Shown here: in pieces, positions 35,465 to 45,450 of the stretch
Numbering within the stretch: position 1 is the stretch's first letter
Layout of the letters: each line of letters begins with the position of its first letter
From: Candidatus Omnitrophota bacterium
GTDB taxonomy: Bacteria > Omnitrophota > Gorgyraeia > Gygaellales > Profunditerraquicolaceae
Direction: 5' to 3'
Assembly: GCA_043812955.1 (NCBI GenBank)
Contig: JBDRLN010000040.1
Span: 685-64,684, forward strand
Length of the DNA: 64,000 nucleotides
Program-made: the position numbers and the translations under genes
Notes under the pieces: model-generated
What the model was told of the DNA's origin: nothing
What the model saw: the letters and a program-made list of their open reading frames with translations, nothing else
The model's database searches: none

Positions 35465-37002
35465 CCAGGGAAATTGTATTAATACTGGATTTCGGATCGC
35501 AGTATACGCAGTTAATCGCCAGGCGGGTAAGGGAGAACCGGGTTTTCTCTAAGATCGTTCCTTATAATATTTCAGCTAAAGAGATAGCCGCTAGCGCTCC
35601 TAAGGGGTTGATTTTATCGGGTGGGCCGGCATCGGTAGTGGTTAAAAAAAGCCCTCTGCCGGATAAGGGTATTTTTAAACTGGGTATACCGATTTTAGGC
35701 ATATGTTATGGTATGCAGGCTATTTCTCAAATGCTCGGCGGTAAAATCAGGCATACTAAGGATCGGGAATACGGAAAAATCGAATTATTTGTGGATGATA
35801 ACCGGATGCTTTTTGCCGGACTGCCGGGTAATCTTACCTGTTGGGCTAGCCACAGCGATTATGTGATTAAGCCGCCTCCTGGATTTAGAATTAGCGCGCA
35901 CAGCCTGAATTCTCCGGTTATGGCTATCGGCAATAAAGCGAAAAAGATATATGGAGTTCAATTTCACCCGGAAGTAACCCATACTGAGAAAGGCACCCAG
36001 TTATTAAGTAATTTTTTATTTAAAGTCTGTGATTGTACCGGCCGCTGGACTATGCGTTCATTTATTAAGGAGACTGTGGAGGGGATCAAAAAAACAGTTG
36101 GCAAAGATAAGGTAGTTTTAGGCTTAAGCGGCGGCGTAGATTCTTCCGTAGCCGCCGTACTAATGCACAGGGCAATAGGCAGGAATTCCCGCTGTATTTT
36201 TATTGATAATGGCTTAGTCCGCAAAGATGAAGCCCTGCAGATAAAGAATATTTTCCGCCAAGGTTTTCATCTTAACCTGGATTATGTGGACCGCAGCCGC
36301 AGGTTTTTAAACGCCCTTAAAGGAATAACTGATCCCGAAGAGAAAAGAAAAATAATCGGCAGGGAATTCGTTAAGGTTTTTGAGGAAGAGGCCAAAAAGG
36401 TCAGGGGTGTGAAATATTTAGCCCAGGGCACGCTTTATCCTGATGTCATTGAATCGATTTCCGCGACAGGTTCTCCTACCAGTAAGATAAAAAGCCACCA
36501 TAATGTCGGAGGGCTTCCGGAGCATATGCGTTTAAAGTTGATTGAGCCATTGCGGGATTTATTTAAGGATGAGGCCCGCCAGATTGCCAAAGAACTTGGC
36601 CTTCCGGAAAGCATAGTTTATCGTCAACCTTTTCCCGGGCCAGGCTTAGCCATCAGGATAATCGGAGAAGTGACTGATGAACGCCTGAAGATCTTGCGGG
36701 AAGTGGATAACCGGGTAATCGAAGAGATCAGGAAAGAGAATCTTTATAACCAGGTCTGGCAGTCATTCGCCATATTATTGCCGATTAAAACAGTCGGGGT
36801 TATGGGCGATGAGCGGACCTATGACTGTGTCGCGGCTATTCGCTGTGTATCCAGCGTTGACGGCATGACAGCTGACTGGGTTAAACTTCCCCATGAAGTA
36901 TTAGAGAAAATATCCAACCGGATAGTCAATGAAGTAAAGGGTATTAACCGCGTAGTCTACGATATAACCTCCAAGCCTCCGGCGACCATTGAGTGGGAAT
37001 AG
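35461..37002 (+). CDS. guaA: GMP synthase (glutamine-hydrolysing)
   Basis: GATase ILGICYGMQ, ATP-PPase SGGVDSSV, C-terminal dimerisation domain. Confidence 0.95.
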   Translation: MTREIVLILDFGSQYTQLIARRVRENRVFSKIVPYNISAKEIAASAPKGLILSGGPASVVVKKSPLPDKGIFKLGIPILGICYGMQAISQMLGGKIRHTKDREYGKIELFVDDNRMLFAGLPGNLTCWASHSDYVIKPPPGFRISAHSLNSPVMAIGNKAKKIYGVQFHPEVTHTEKGTQLLSNFLFKVCDCTGRWTMRSFIKETVEGIKKTVGKDKVVLGLSGGVDSSVAAVLMHRAIGRNSRCIFIDNGLVRKDEALQIKNIFRQGFHLNLDYVDRSRRFLNALKGITDPEEKRKIIGREFVKVFEEEAKKVRGVKYLAQGTLYPDVIESISATGSPTSKIKSHHNVGGLPEHMRLKLIEPLRDLFKDEARQIAKELGLPESIVYRQPFPGPGLAIRIIGEVTDERLKILREVDNRVIEEIRKENLYNQVWQSFAILLPIKTVGVMGDERTYDCVAAIRCVSSVDGMTADWVKLPHEVLEKISNRIVNEVKGINRVVYDITSKPPATIEWE

Positions 37003-37195
37003 ATAAAGCGAAAAACGAAAAGCGTAAAGCGAAAAGTTGAAGTTAAAAGATTTCCCGCTTGGAATCTGATATTTGTAGGCGGGATCCCGTTTTGTGGCTT
37101 AAGCGTTGGACGGGAAAAACTTTTAGTTTTTCGCTTTCACTTTATTTTTTCGTTTTTCACTTTTAGCTTTGCGCTTTTAACTTTTAACTTTTCAG
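37003..37195. repeat. MITE-like element: roughly 45-70-bp low-complexity inverted arms (AAAGCGAAAA-type) around a double-hairpin core
   Basis: The left arm is purine-rich (AAAGCGAAAAACGAAAAGCG...) and the right arm is its approximate reverse complement. The core at 37049-37120 is family copy 3. It fills the whole guaA-dnaE spacer. Confidence 0.45.
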
Positions 37196-40100
37196 ATGCC
37201 TCACAGCGATTTTATCCACCTGCATTTACATACCCAATATAGCCTGCTGGACGGCGCCTGCCGCTTACCGGATTTATTAAATTTAGCCAAACAGTATAAG
37301 ATGGACTCACTGGCTATTACCGACCATGGTAATATGTTCGGGGCTATAGATTTTTATCTGGAAGCCTTAAAGCAAGGAGTCAAGCCTATAATCGGAGCTG
37401 AGGTTTATGTTGCGCCCAAGAGCCGTTTAGATAAAAGTAGTTCTAGAATTGAAGAGGCCGCTTTTCATTTAATATTATTAGCCAAAGACGAAACAGGTTA
37501 TAAAAATTTGGCTAAGCTTGTTTCTATAGGTTACCTGGAAGGATTTTATTACCGTCCCCGTATAGATAAAGATGTATTAAGCGTTTATCATGAAGGGCTT
37601 ATTGGTCTGACTGCCTGCCTTAAAGGGGAAGTACCGTCGCTATTACAGGAGGGAAGGTTTAATGACGCCTTAAAAACCGCTGATGAATACCTGAATATAT
37701 TAGGTAAGGATAATCTATACCTGGAGATACAGGTTAATAAGATACCTGAACAGGTAACAGTAAATCAAGGCTTGATTAGAATATCCCGCGAACTTAAAAT
37801 TCCCTTAGTAGCTACTAATGACGTGCATTATCTTCAGAAATCTCATGCCCGGGCCCACGAAGCCCTATTGTGTATTCAGACCCAAAATACATTGGATAAT
37901 CCTAATAGGATGCGTTTTCAGACCGATGAATTTTATTTTAAATCGCCGGAGGAGATGAAAGAACTTTTTAAGGAAGTGCCTGAGGCAATCGCCAATACCT
38001 TAGAAATTGCCCGGCGCTGTAATTTAGAATTGGATTTTAATCAGATTCACCTGCCTAAATATGAGCCTCCACTAAATTCAACCAAAGATGGTTTTTTAAG
38101 GCAGCTCTGCGAAAAAGGCTTAACCCAGAAGTATCCTGACGCAGATGCCCAGATAAAAGAAAGACTGGAGCATGAATTAAAAGTTATTAAGGATATGGGT
38201 TTTACCAGCTACTTTCTGATTGTGTGGGATTTTATTCATTATGCCAAGAGTCATCAGATACCTGTCGGCCCGGGCAGGGGCTCAGCTGCCGGAAGCATAG
38301 TCAGTTACTTATTAGGGATAACTGATATCGATCCTTTAAAATATAAGTTATTATTTGAACGCTTTCTTAATCCTGAAAGGACGGGCTTGCCGGATATAGA
38401 TATAGATTTCTGTTATGAGAGGCGGCAGGAGGTTATTGATTATGTAACTAAAAAATACGGACAGGAGAACGTAGCCCAGATTATTACTTTCGGAACCATG
38501 CAGGCCAGGGCAGTAGTCAGGGATGTGGGCAGGGTTATGGGGATAGCCTACGCTGATGTGGACCGGATCGCAAAAATGATACCTCCTGATGCGTCAATTA
38601 ATCTCAAAGATGCTTTAGAGGCAGAGCCGCAATTAAAGAACCTTTATAAAAATGACCCCCAGATAACCAAACTAATCGATATAGCTTTGATATTGGAAGG
38701 GCTTAACCGGCATGCTTCTATTCATGCCGCTGGCGTGGTGATTGCGGATAAACCCCTTAATGAATATATGCCTTTATTTAAAAGTCAGGATGATCAGATC
38801 ACTAGCGGTTATGGGATGAAAGTTCTGGAAAAAATAGGTTTATTAAAAGTTGATTTTCTGGGTTTAAGGACATTAACCGTAATAGACCAAGCTATAAAAA
38901 TAATCAAAGAAACCAAGGGTTTAGATATTGATATCGAGAAGATTTCGCTGGATGATGCCAAGACGTATAATTTGCTTTCAACGGCTCAGACTATCGGAGT
39001 ATTCCAGGTAGAAAGTTCCGGGATGCGGGACTTATTAAAGAAGATGGAGCCGGAGGAATTTGAGGATTTGATTGCTCTTTTAGCTTTATATCGTCCGGGG
39101 CCTATGGGCTCAGGGATGCTTAGCGATTTTATCCAGCGCAAGAGGAATAAAACTCCTATTAGATATGATAATAAAAGGTTAGAGCCGATTCTAAAATCTA
39201 CTTACGGGATTATGGTTTATCAGGAACAGATTATGCAGATTGCTTCGAGCCTGGCAGGTTTTACCCTGGCTCAGGCTGACCTTTTGCGCCGGGCAATGAG
39301 CAAGAAGATTCCTGAAGTTATGGAGCAACAGAGAAAGAGTTTTGTAGTCGGCGCTCTTAAACAGGGGGTAAGCGAGGCTGTGGCTTCTAAAATATTCGAT
39401 CAGATTGAGTTTTTTTCGGGATACGGGTTTAACCGCAGCCATAGCGCAGCCTATGCCTTAATATCTTTTCGTACTGCTTTTCTTAAGGCAAATTATCCGG
39501 TGGAATTTATGTGCGCTCTTTTGACCTCAGAACGCGATAATACCGATAAGATCGTGGAATATATAAATGAATCCGAACGCATGGGCATAGAGATTCTTTC
39601 CCCGGATATTAATGAAAGTGCGGCTTTATTTAAGGTAGTGGATGATAACAAAATAAGGTTTGGGTTGTTAGCTATAAAAAATCTGGGAAGAGGCGCGATA
39701 GATTCTATAATCTCTAACCGGGATAAAGGCGGAAATTTTACTTCTTTAGAAGATTTATGCCAGAGAGTTGATTTAAGGCTGGTTAATCATAAGGTCCTGG
39801 AGAGCCTGATAAAGTGCGGAGCGCTAGATTGTTTTAGGGTGCATCGCGCACAGATGTTTGTTTCTCTGGATAAGATATTGGAATTTTCTTCAAATGCCCA
39901 GAAGGATAAGGCTAAGGGCCAGATTTCATTCTTTGATAATGAACAAAGCGGCAACGGATTCAGCGATAAGTCTGTAGCCTCAACGCTATTGATCAAAGAA
40001 TGGCCTGAACCGCAGTTATTGGCTTTTGAAAAAGAAATGCTGGGTTTTTATATCAGCGGCCACCCGCTAGCCCGCTATGCCAGGCAATTAAAACGTTTTA

Positions 40101-40636
40101 CCGCACTTTCCATTAAAGACCTTAACCAGTGTAAAGATGAAGAGATGATAAAAATAGTCGGGATGATCACCAAGGTTAAGCATACTACTACCAGGCTCAA
40201 ACAGGAGAAGATGGCTATTTTGAAACTGGAGGATTTAGGCGGTATAGTTGAGGTCTTGGTTTTTCCGCAGGCATTTCAGAAGGTCTCTCGCTATATACAG
40301 CCTAATCTGGTGGTATTGGTAAAGGGGAGGCTTAATTTAAAGGAAGATGTACCTAAGATCATAGTTAATGATATGTTTCCTATGGATGAAATCTATAAAT
40401 TGATCACAACAGTTAATATCAATCTTACCAGTATGAGGGAGAATCTATTTGAAAGCCTCAAAGAATTATTAGGAACTTCCTCCGGGCGGATTCCGGTTTA
40501 TTTGCATCTGGATACTCCGGCTAAATCCCGGGTAAAAGTAATCGTAGGCGATAATCTTTTTGTCTCGCCTTCTGAGAAATTGATCGAGGATATTACTAAC
40601 CTTTTGGGAGAGGATAGGTTATCCCTAATCATTTAA
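37196..40636 (+). CDS. dnaE: DNA polymerase III alpha subunit
   Basis: PHP N-terminus HLHLHTQYSLLDG, polymerase core, OB fold. 1146 aa. Confidence 0.95.
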   Translation: MPHSDFIHLHLHTQYSLLDGACRLPDLLNLAKQYKMDSLAITDHGNMFGAIDFYLEALKQGVKPIIGAEVYVAPKSRLDKSSSRIEEAAFHLILLAKDETGYKNLAKLVSIGYLEGFYYRPRIDKDVLSVYHEGLIGLTACLKGEVPSLLQEGRFNDALKTADEYLNILGKDNLYLEIQVNKIPEQVTVNQGLIRISRELKIPLVATNDVHYLQKSHARAHEALLCIQTQNTLDNPNRMRFQTDEFYFKSPEEMKELFKEVPEAIANTLEIARRCNLELDFNQIHLPKYEPPLNSTKDGFLRQLCEKGLTQKYPDADAQIKERLEHELKVIKDMGFTSYFLIVWDFIHYAKSHQIPVGPGRGSAAGSIVSYLLGITDIDPLKYKLLFERFLNPERTGLPDIDIDFCYERRQEVIDYVTKKYGQENVAQIITFGTMQARAVVRDVGRVMGIAYADVDRIAKMIPPDASINLKDALEAEPQLKNLYKNDPQITKLIDIALILEGLNRHASIHAAGVVIADKPLNEYMPLFKSQDDQITSGYGMKVLEKIGLLKVDFLGLRTLTVIDQAIKIIKETKGLDIDIEKISLDDAKTYNLLSTAQTIGVFQVESSGMRDLLKKMEPEEFEDLIALLALYRPGPMGSGMLSDFIQRKRNKTPIRYDNKRLEPILKSTYGIMVYQEQIMQIASSLAGFTLAQADLLRRAMSKKIPEVMEQQRKSFVVGALKQGVSEAVASKIFDQIEFFSGYGFNRSHSAAYALISFRTAFLKANYPVEFMCALLTSERDNTDKIVEYINESERMGIEILSPDINESAALFKVVDDNKIRFGLLAIKNLGRGAIDSIISNRDKGGNFTSLEDLCQRVDLRLVNHKVLESLIKCGALDCFRVHRAQMFVSLDKILEFSSNAQKDKAKGQISFFDNEQSGNGFSDKSVASTLLIKEWPEPQLLAFEKEMLGFYISGHPLARYARQLKRFTALSIKDLNQCKDEEMIKIVGMITKVKHTTTRLKQEKMAILKLEDLGGIVEVLVFPQAFQKVSRYIQPNLVVLVKGRLNLKEDVPKIIVNDMFPMDEIYKLITTVNINLTSMRENLFESLKELLGTSSGRIPVYLHLDTPAKSRVKVIVGDNLFVSPSEKLIEDITNLLGEDRLSLII

Positions 40637-40641
40637 ATGCA

Positions 40642-40716
40642 GGGACGGTTATTAAAGACATAAGCTAAAGTGTCCCCTAAAAGGGGACACTTTAAGATCA
40701 GTTTCAGAACCGTCCC
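40642..40716. repeat. Nested palindrome (outer GGGACGGTT..AACCGTCCC, inner AAAGTGTCCCCT..AGGGGACACTTT), terminator-like
   Basis: Same architecture as the copy at 55867-55943. Lies immediately after the dnaE stop. Confidence 0.6.
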
Positions 40717-40791
40717 GGAGTTATAATAACCTGTTGCTGTATATAAAGTTTTGCTAAAAGTGCCGTAAAATAAAAATAATTCGGTTTTTAT

Positions 40792-40820
40792 TTGACGTTT
40801 GCTGCTTTTTGTGCTATATT
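40792..40820 (+). promoter_or_regulatory. Sigma-70-like promoter: TTGACG, 17-nt spacer, TATATT
   Basis: About 75 nt upstream of the HU-family gene. Confidence 0.45.
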
Positions 40821-40895
40821 AAGTTCATTAATTATACCTGATTATTAATCTAACGTTTTGTTAATATTATAGTTACATATTGGAGGAGGTGAATA

Positions 40896-41168
40896 ATGAC
40901 AAAAAAGGATATTATTCTCAAAATCTCTGACGACACAAGTTTAAAACAGACTGATGTCAAAAGAGTGGTCCAAAAGGCATTTGACTTCATGATTGAGGCT
41001 TTGGTTAGGGGGGAGAAGATAGAGCTGCGTAATTTTGGCGTTTTTAAGATCAAAGAACGTAAAAGCAGGACCGGACGAAATCCCCGGACCGGTGAGGTAG
41101 TGCCAGTCCCTCCGAGAAAGGTAGCAGTTTTTAAACCGGGCCTAGAGATGAAGATGAAGATAAGATAA
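40896..41168 (+). CDS. HU/IHF family nucleoid-associated DNA-binding protein
   Basis: LRNFGVFKIKERKSRTGRNPRTGEVVPVPPRKVAVFKPG arm region. Confidence 0.85.
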   Translation: MTKKDIILKISDDTSLKQTDVKRVVQKAFDFMIEALVRGEKIELRNFGVFKIKERKSRTGRNPRTGEVVPVPPRKVAVFKPGLEMKMKIR

Positions 41169-41169
41169 G

Positions 41170-42429
41170 TTGTGGAATATGTTCAAGAAAGTACCCGGTA
41201 CTAAGGATATCTTGCCAGGTGAAATAGCCTGGTGGTTAAAAATAGAAGAGTCAAGCCGCAGGATTTTCTCGCTGTATAATTATCAAGAGATACGCCCGCC
41301 ATTGATTGAAGATGTTGGTTTATTTAACCGCTCTTTAGGTGAATCCGCTGAGATAGTTCAGAAGCAGATGTTTTTAATCAGGAATAACCAGGATACCTAT
41401 GCCTTAAGGCCCGAAGGTACAGCATCAATAGTCAGGGCCTACCTGGAAAATAACTTAGATAAGACAAATAGTTTTAGCAAATTATATTACACGGGTGCGA
41501 TGTTTCGTTTGGAAAGGCCGCAAAAAGGAAGGTTGCGGCAATTCCATCATTTAGGCTGCGAAGTGATCGGTTCTTATCAGCCGCAGGTTGATGCGGAAGT
41601 AATATCCTTAGGCGATAGGATTTTAAAAGAAAGCGGGATAAAAGGTTATAGAATTAAGATAAATACGTTAGGTTGCAGCCAGGATAAAAAAGAATTATCA
41701 TCTAGTTTGAGAAAGGGCCTTAAAGATAAACTAGGGCAACTGTGCCGGGAGTGCCTGGTTCGTTATGAACGTAATATTCTCAGGGTATTAGATTGTAAAA
41801 ACGAGAGTTGCCGGGAAGTTGTCCGTAGTTTAAACCTTTCCAGTAGTCATATCTGCAAGGAATGCGCTGACCATTTTAAGCAGGTCAGGGAGGTTTTAGA
41901 TTCATTAAAAATTAATTATGAAGTTTCTCCTTACTTAGTCAGGGGATTAGATTATTACACCCGAACGGTTTTTGAATTTGTGCATCCGGATTTAGGGCCT
42001 CAGCAGGATGCCCTGGGCGCCGGCGGGAGATATGATAATTTAGTCAAAAATTTAGGCGGGCCGGAAAAGGGGGCTGTAGGATTTGCTTTTGGCCTGGAAA
42101 GGCTGGCCTTAATTCATCAGACACCAGGACACCAGGACACCGGGACACCGGGTAATTTAGTCTATATCGTAACTATGGGAGAAGCGGCTAAGAAAGAGGG
42201 GACTAAATTGCTGGATTATTTACGCCTGTCCGGGATTTGCGCTGATACTGATTATGAAGGCCGGACTTTAAAGGGGGCGATGCGCCTGGCAAATGATCTA
42301 AAGGCAAAATTTGTTATAATAATCGGCGACGACGAACTCAAGAAGAACGTGGTAACTTTAAAAAATATGTCTTCGGGGGAGCAGAGAGAGGTCAAATCAG
42401 AAGACTTGTTAGGGGAATTAAAATGTTAA
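41170..42429 (+). CDS. hisS: Histidine--tRNA ligase
   Basis: Class II motifs, RVLDCKN region and a C-terminal anticodon-binding domain. It contains Cys clusters CREC / DCKNESC / CKEC and a short QTPGHQDTGTPGN low-complexity repeat. Confidence 0.9.
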   Translation: MWNMFKKVPGTKDILPGEIAWWLKIEESSRRIFSLYNYQEIRPPLIEDVGLFNRSLGESAEIVQKQMFLIRNNQDTYALRPEGTASIVRAYLENNLDKTNSFSKLYYTGAMFRLERPQKGRLRQFHHLGCEVIGSYQPQVDAEVISLGDRILKESGIKGYRIKINTLGCSQDKKELSSSLRKGLKDKLGQLCRECLVRYERNILRVLDCKNESCREVVRSLNLSSSHICKECADHFKQVREVLDSLKINYEVSPYLVRGLDYYTRTVFEFVHPDLGPQQDALGAGGRYDNLVKNLGGPEKGAVGFAFGLERLALIHQTPGHQDTGTPGNLVYIVTMGEAAKKEGTKLLDYLRLSGICADTDYEGRTLKGAMRLANDLKAKFVIIIGDDELKKNVVTLKNMSSGEQREVKSEDLLGELKC

Positions 42430-43808
42430 GGACGCATACTTGTTCAGAATTGAAAGCTATAGATGTGGGAAAAGAGGTTACCCTTTGCGGGTGGGTAGGG
42501 GCCAGGCGGGATCACGGCAAGCTTATATTTATTGATTTAAGGGATCGCAGCGGTATTACTCAAATTGTCTTTATACCCAAAGAATCAGGAGATGCTTATC
42601 AAAAGGCCCAGGAACTAAGAGATGAATTTGTCCTTAAGATAAAAGGGGTTGTTAATAAAAGGCCGGCTAATAACTTAAACCAAAAAATTCCATCCGGAGA
42701 GATAGAGGTTATTGTCCGGGATCTGGAAATTTTAAATCCCAGCCTTACTCCTCCTTTTGAGATCAAGGATGATCTGGAGGTAACTGAAGAGATGCGCCTT
42801 AAATACCGTTATCTTGATCTCCGGCGCAGGAAGGCACTGAATAATTTTGTTTTAAGGCCGAAGATGTATAAAATTATCCGCTCTTTTCTGGATTCCTTAG
42901 GATTTCTGGAATCGGAAACTCCGATTTTGACTAAATCTACTCCTGAAGGGGCCAGGGATTATTTGGTTCCTTCGCGGCTTAATCCCGGTCAGTTCTACGC
43001 CTTGCCCCAGTCGCCGCAGTTGTTTAAGCAGATATTGATGGTTTCCGGAATCGAGAAATATTATCAGATCGCCAAATGTTTCCGAGACGAGGACTTACGC
43101 TCTGACCGCCAACCGGAATTCACCCAGCTGGACCTGGAGATGTCTTTTATCCAGGAAGAGGATATCTTCTCTATTTTTGAGCAGATGATGCAACTGATAT
43201 TTAAAGAGCTAAAAAATATTGATATTAAGATTCCCTTTCCCCGCTTAAATTACAAAGACGTTCAGGAAAAATACTCGAGCGATAAGCCGGATTTGAGAAA
43301 AGAATTAAACCGAGATTTTGCTTTTGTCTGGGTAATAGATTTTCCTCTATTTAAATATAATCCGCAGGAAAAGCGCTGGGAGAGCGAGCACCATCCTTTT
43401 ACCGCCCCGGTTGACGCGGACATTGAAATATTGGAGAAGTCGCCGGATAAGGTAAAATCCCGTTCTTACGATTTAGTCTTAAACGGAATGGAGATAGGTT
43501 CAGGATCGATCAGGATCCATAACCCGAAACTCCAAGAGAGGATTTTCAATATTATAGGCCTAGACCGGGAAGATGCTTATAAACGGTTTGGATTTCTTTT
43601 AGAGGCTTTTCAATACGGGGCCCCGCCTCACGGAGGATTTGCTTTTGGTATTGACAGGTTATTGGCGATTTTAGCGGGTGAAGATAGTATCCGAGAGGTG
43701 ATTGCTTTTCCTAAAACTCAAAAGGCATTTTGCCCGCTTACCAATGCGCCTTCAAACGTTGATAAAAAACAATTAAGAGAATTAGGTATTGATATTAAAA
43801 AAGGTTAA
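42423..43808 (+). CDS. aspS: Aspartate--tRNA ligase, compact form without the GAD insertion domain
   Basis: N-terminal OB fold, LPQSPQLFKQ motif and class II motif 3 GGFAFGIDRL. 461 aa. Confidence 0.85.
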   Translation: MLRTHTCSELKAIDVGKEVTLCGWVGARRDHGKLIFIDLRDRSGITQIVFIPKESGDAYQKAQELRDEFVLKIKGVVNKRPANNLNQKIPSGEIEVIVRDLEILNPSLTPPFEIKDDLEVTEEMRLKYRYLDLRRRKALNNFVLRPKMYKIIRSFLDSLGFLESETPILTKSTPEGARDYLVPSRLNPGQFYALPQSPQLFKQILMVSGIEKYYQIAKCFRDEDLRSDRQPEFTQLDLEMSFIQEEDIFSIFEQMMQLIFKELKNIDIKIPFPRLNYKDVQEKYSSDKPDLRKELNRDFAFVWVIDFPLFKYNPQEKRWESEHHPFTAPVDADIEILEKSPDKVKSRSYDLVLNGMEIGSGSIRIHNPKLQERIFNIIGLDREDAYKRFGFLLEAFQYGAPPHGGFAFGIDRLLAILAGEDSIREVIAFPKTQKAFCPLTNAPSNVDKKQLRELGIDIKKG

Positions 43809-43810
43809 AA

Positions 43811-44404
43811 ATGTTAAGAAGGTTAAAGAGGGAGGAAAGAATGGGTCCTAAAAATGCAATTTCATTAGTTTTTCTATTTTTTGTTTTTATATTGTCGGGA
43901 TGCGCGACCAGAACTTATCAGGTAATCCGGGATAGGGTTGATCAGGATCTTCAGGGTAACCGGGGCTGTTTGCAGGGAAAGTGTGTACAGGAAGAAAAAG
44001 CGAGGGAAAAGACCCGCACTGTTCAGGTAGTGGAAATAGAGATTCCGTATTTATTCGGCAAAAATAAATCAACCTCTAAAATAAAACCCCAGGAGACTTT
44101 GATTAAAGACGCTGCTTCTCAAAAGACGCCTAATGTTGTCGATGTTGGTTTGGTAGAGCCTAAACCAGTTCCGGAAGTGAAGTTTGAGAAATATACGGTT
44201 TTAAAGGATGATACCCTGCAGAAGATTTCGGAAAAATTCTACGGTTCTTCCGGAGGTTGGAATAAAATCTATCAAGCTAATAAAGCTGTTCTTAAGTCTC
44301 CGGACAGGCTTTATCCTGGGCAGTCAATAGATATTCCTATAGAATTGGGAAAACCCGCTAAATCAACTTCAGAAAATAAAGAAGTCAAGGATAATATTAA
44401 ATAG
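43811..44404 (+). CDS. LysM domain lipoprotein
   Basis: Lipobox ILSGCAT and a C-terminal LysM YTVLKDDTLQKISEKFYG...IYQANK. Confidence 0.65.
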   Translation: MLRRLKREERMGPKNAISLVFLFFVFILSGCATRTYQVIRDRVDQDLQGNRGCLQGKCVQEEKAREKTRTVQVVEIEIPYLFGKNKSTSKIKPQETLIKDAASQKTPNVVDVGLVEPKPVPEVKFEKYTVLKDDTLQKISEKFYGSSGGWNKIYQANKAVLKSPDRLYPGQSIDIPIELGKPAKSTSENKEVKDNIK

Positions 44405-44417
44405 CAATGGGAGAAAT

Positions 44418-44474
44418 GGGGTCAGAATTATTTTTTCAAGTATTTAGACTAAAGAAAAAATAATTCTGATCCCA
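44418..44474. repeat. Intact REP palindrome of the RAYT-associated family, with a 17-nt loop
   Basis: GGGGTCAGAATTATTTTTTC ... AAAAAATAATTCTGATCCCA. Confidence 0.75.
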
Positions 44475-44484
44475 TTTACAGAGC

Positions 44485-45450
44485 ATGGAAGATATAATTA
44501 AGCTGGATAATTTATCTGCGGCCCAGGCGCTTTTCGGGCTTCATGATGAGAATATCCGGGCTATTGAGAGGGAATTCAAGGTTAGCCTTCATTTACATGG
44601 GGACCGATTAAAAATCAAGGGCCGGATTAATAATGTCAAAAAGGCGGCTGTCCTAATCAGTAGTATTTTAAATACCATCCGCCTTCAGGGAGACCAGTCA
44701 AAGGCTAAATCAGATATTTATTCCTTGATTAAAGAATCAAGGCAAAATAAGAGCACAGTAGCTTTTAATTCGGGCGCTAAGGCGATAAATAATATCCGCC
44801 CTTCTTCGCTAAGGCCCATAGAGCCTAAAACTAAGGGGCAGAGGGAATACGCAGAGGCAATCAGAAAATATGATATTGTATTCGGTATTGGACCGGCAGG
44901 AACAGGCAAGACTTATCTGGCAATGGCTAGCGCCGTAGAGTCTTTAAAAAATCAGGAGGTCCGCCGGATTATCCTTACCCGTCCGGCAATTGAAGCCGGA
45001 GAATCTCTGGGATTTTTACCCGGAGATATTTACGAAAAGATCTCTCCTTATCTGCGCCCGCTCTATGACGCTTTATATGATATGATGGATGCGGAGCGGA
45101 TTGAAAAATATATTGAAACCGGTATCATAGAAGTTGCGCCCCTGGCTTATATGCGGGGCAGGACCTTAAACGACGCCTTTATTATCCTGGATGAGGCTCA
45201 GAATTCCACAGCTGAACAGATGAAGATGTTTTTAACCCGTTTGGGGTTTGATTCCAAGGTAGTTATTACCGGGGATATAACCCAGAGTGATTTACCGGGC
45301 GGCAGGCCTATAGGCCTACTTCAGGCCCAGCAGATACTTAAGGATATCGAGGGGATAAAAATAGTAAAGTTTAGCAGAACTGACGTTGTCCGGCATGAAC
45401 TTGTGCAAAAGATTATTGAGGCCTATGAAAAAGCCAGTAGCGACAATTAA
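44485..45450 (+). CDS. phoH: PhoH-like ATPase
   Basis: Walker A GPAGTGKTYLA. Conserved phoH-7TMR_HD-ybeY operon context. Confidence 0.9.
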   Translation: MEDIIKLDNLSAAQALFGLHDENIRAIEREFKVSLHLHGDRLKIKGRINNVKKAAVLISSILNTIRLQGDQSKAKSDIYSLIKESRQNKSTVAFNSGAKAINNIRPSSLRPIEPKTKGQREYAEAIRKYDIVFGIGPAGTGKTYLAMASAVESLKNQEVRRIILTRPAIEAGESLGFLPGDIYEKISPYLRPLYDALYDMMDAERIEKYIETGIIEVAPLAYMRGRTLNDAFIILDEAQNSTAEQMKMFLTRLGFDSKVVITGDITQSDLPGGRPIGLLQAQQILKDIEGIKIVKFSRTDVVRHELVQKIIEAYEKASSDN

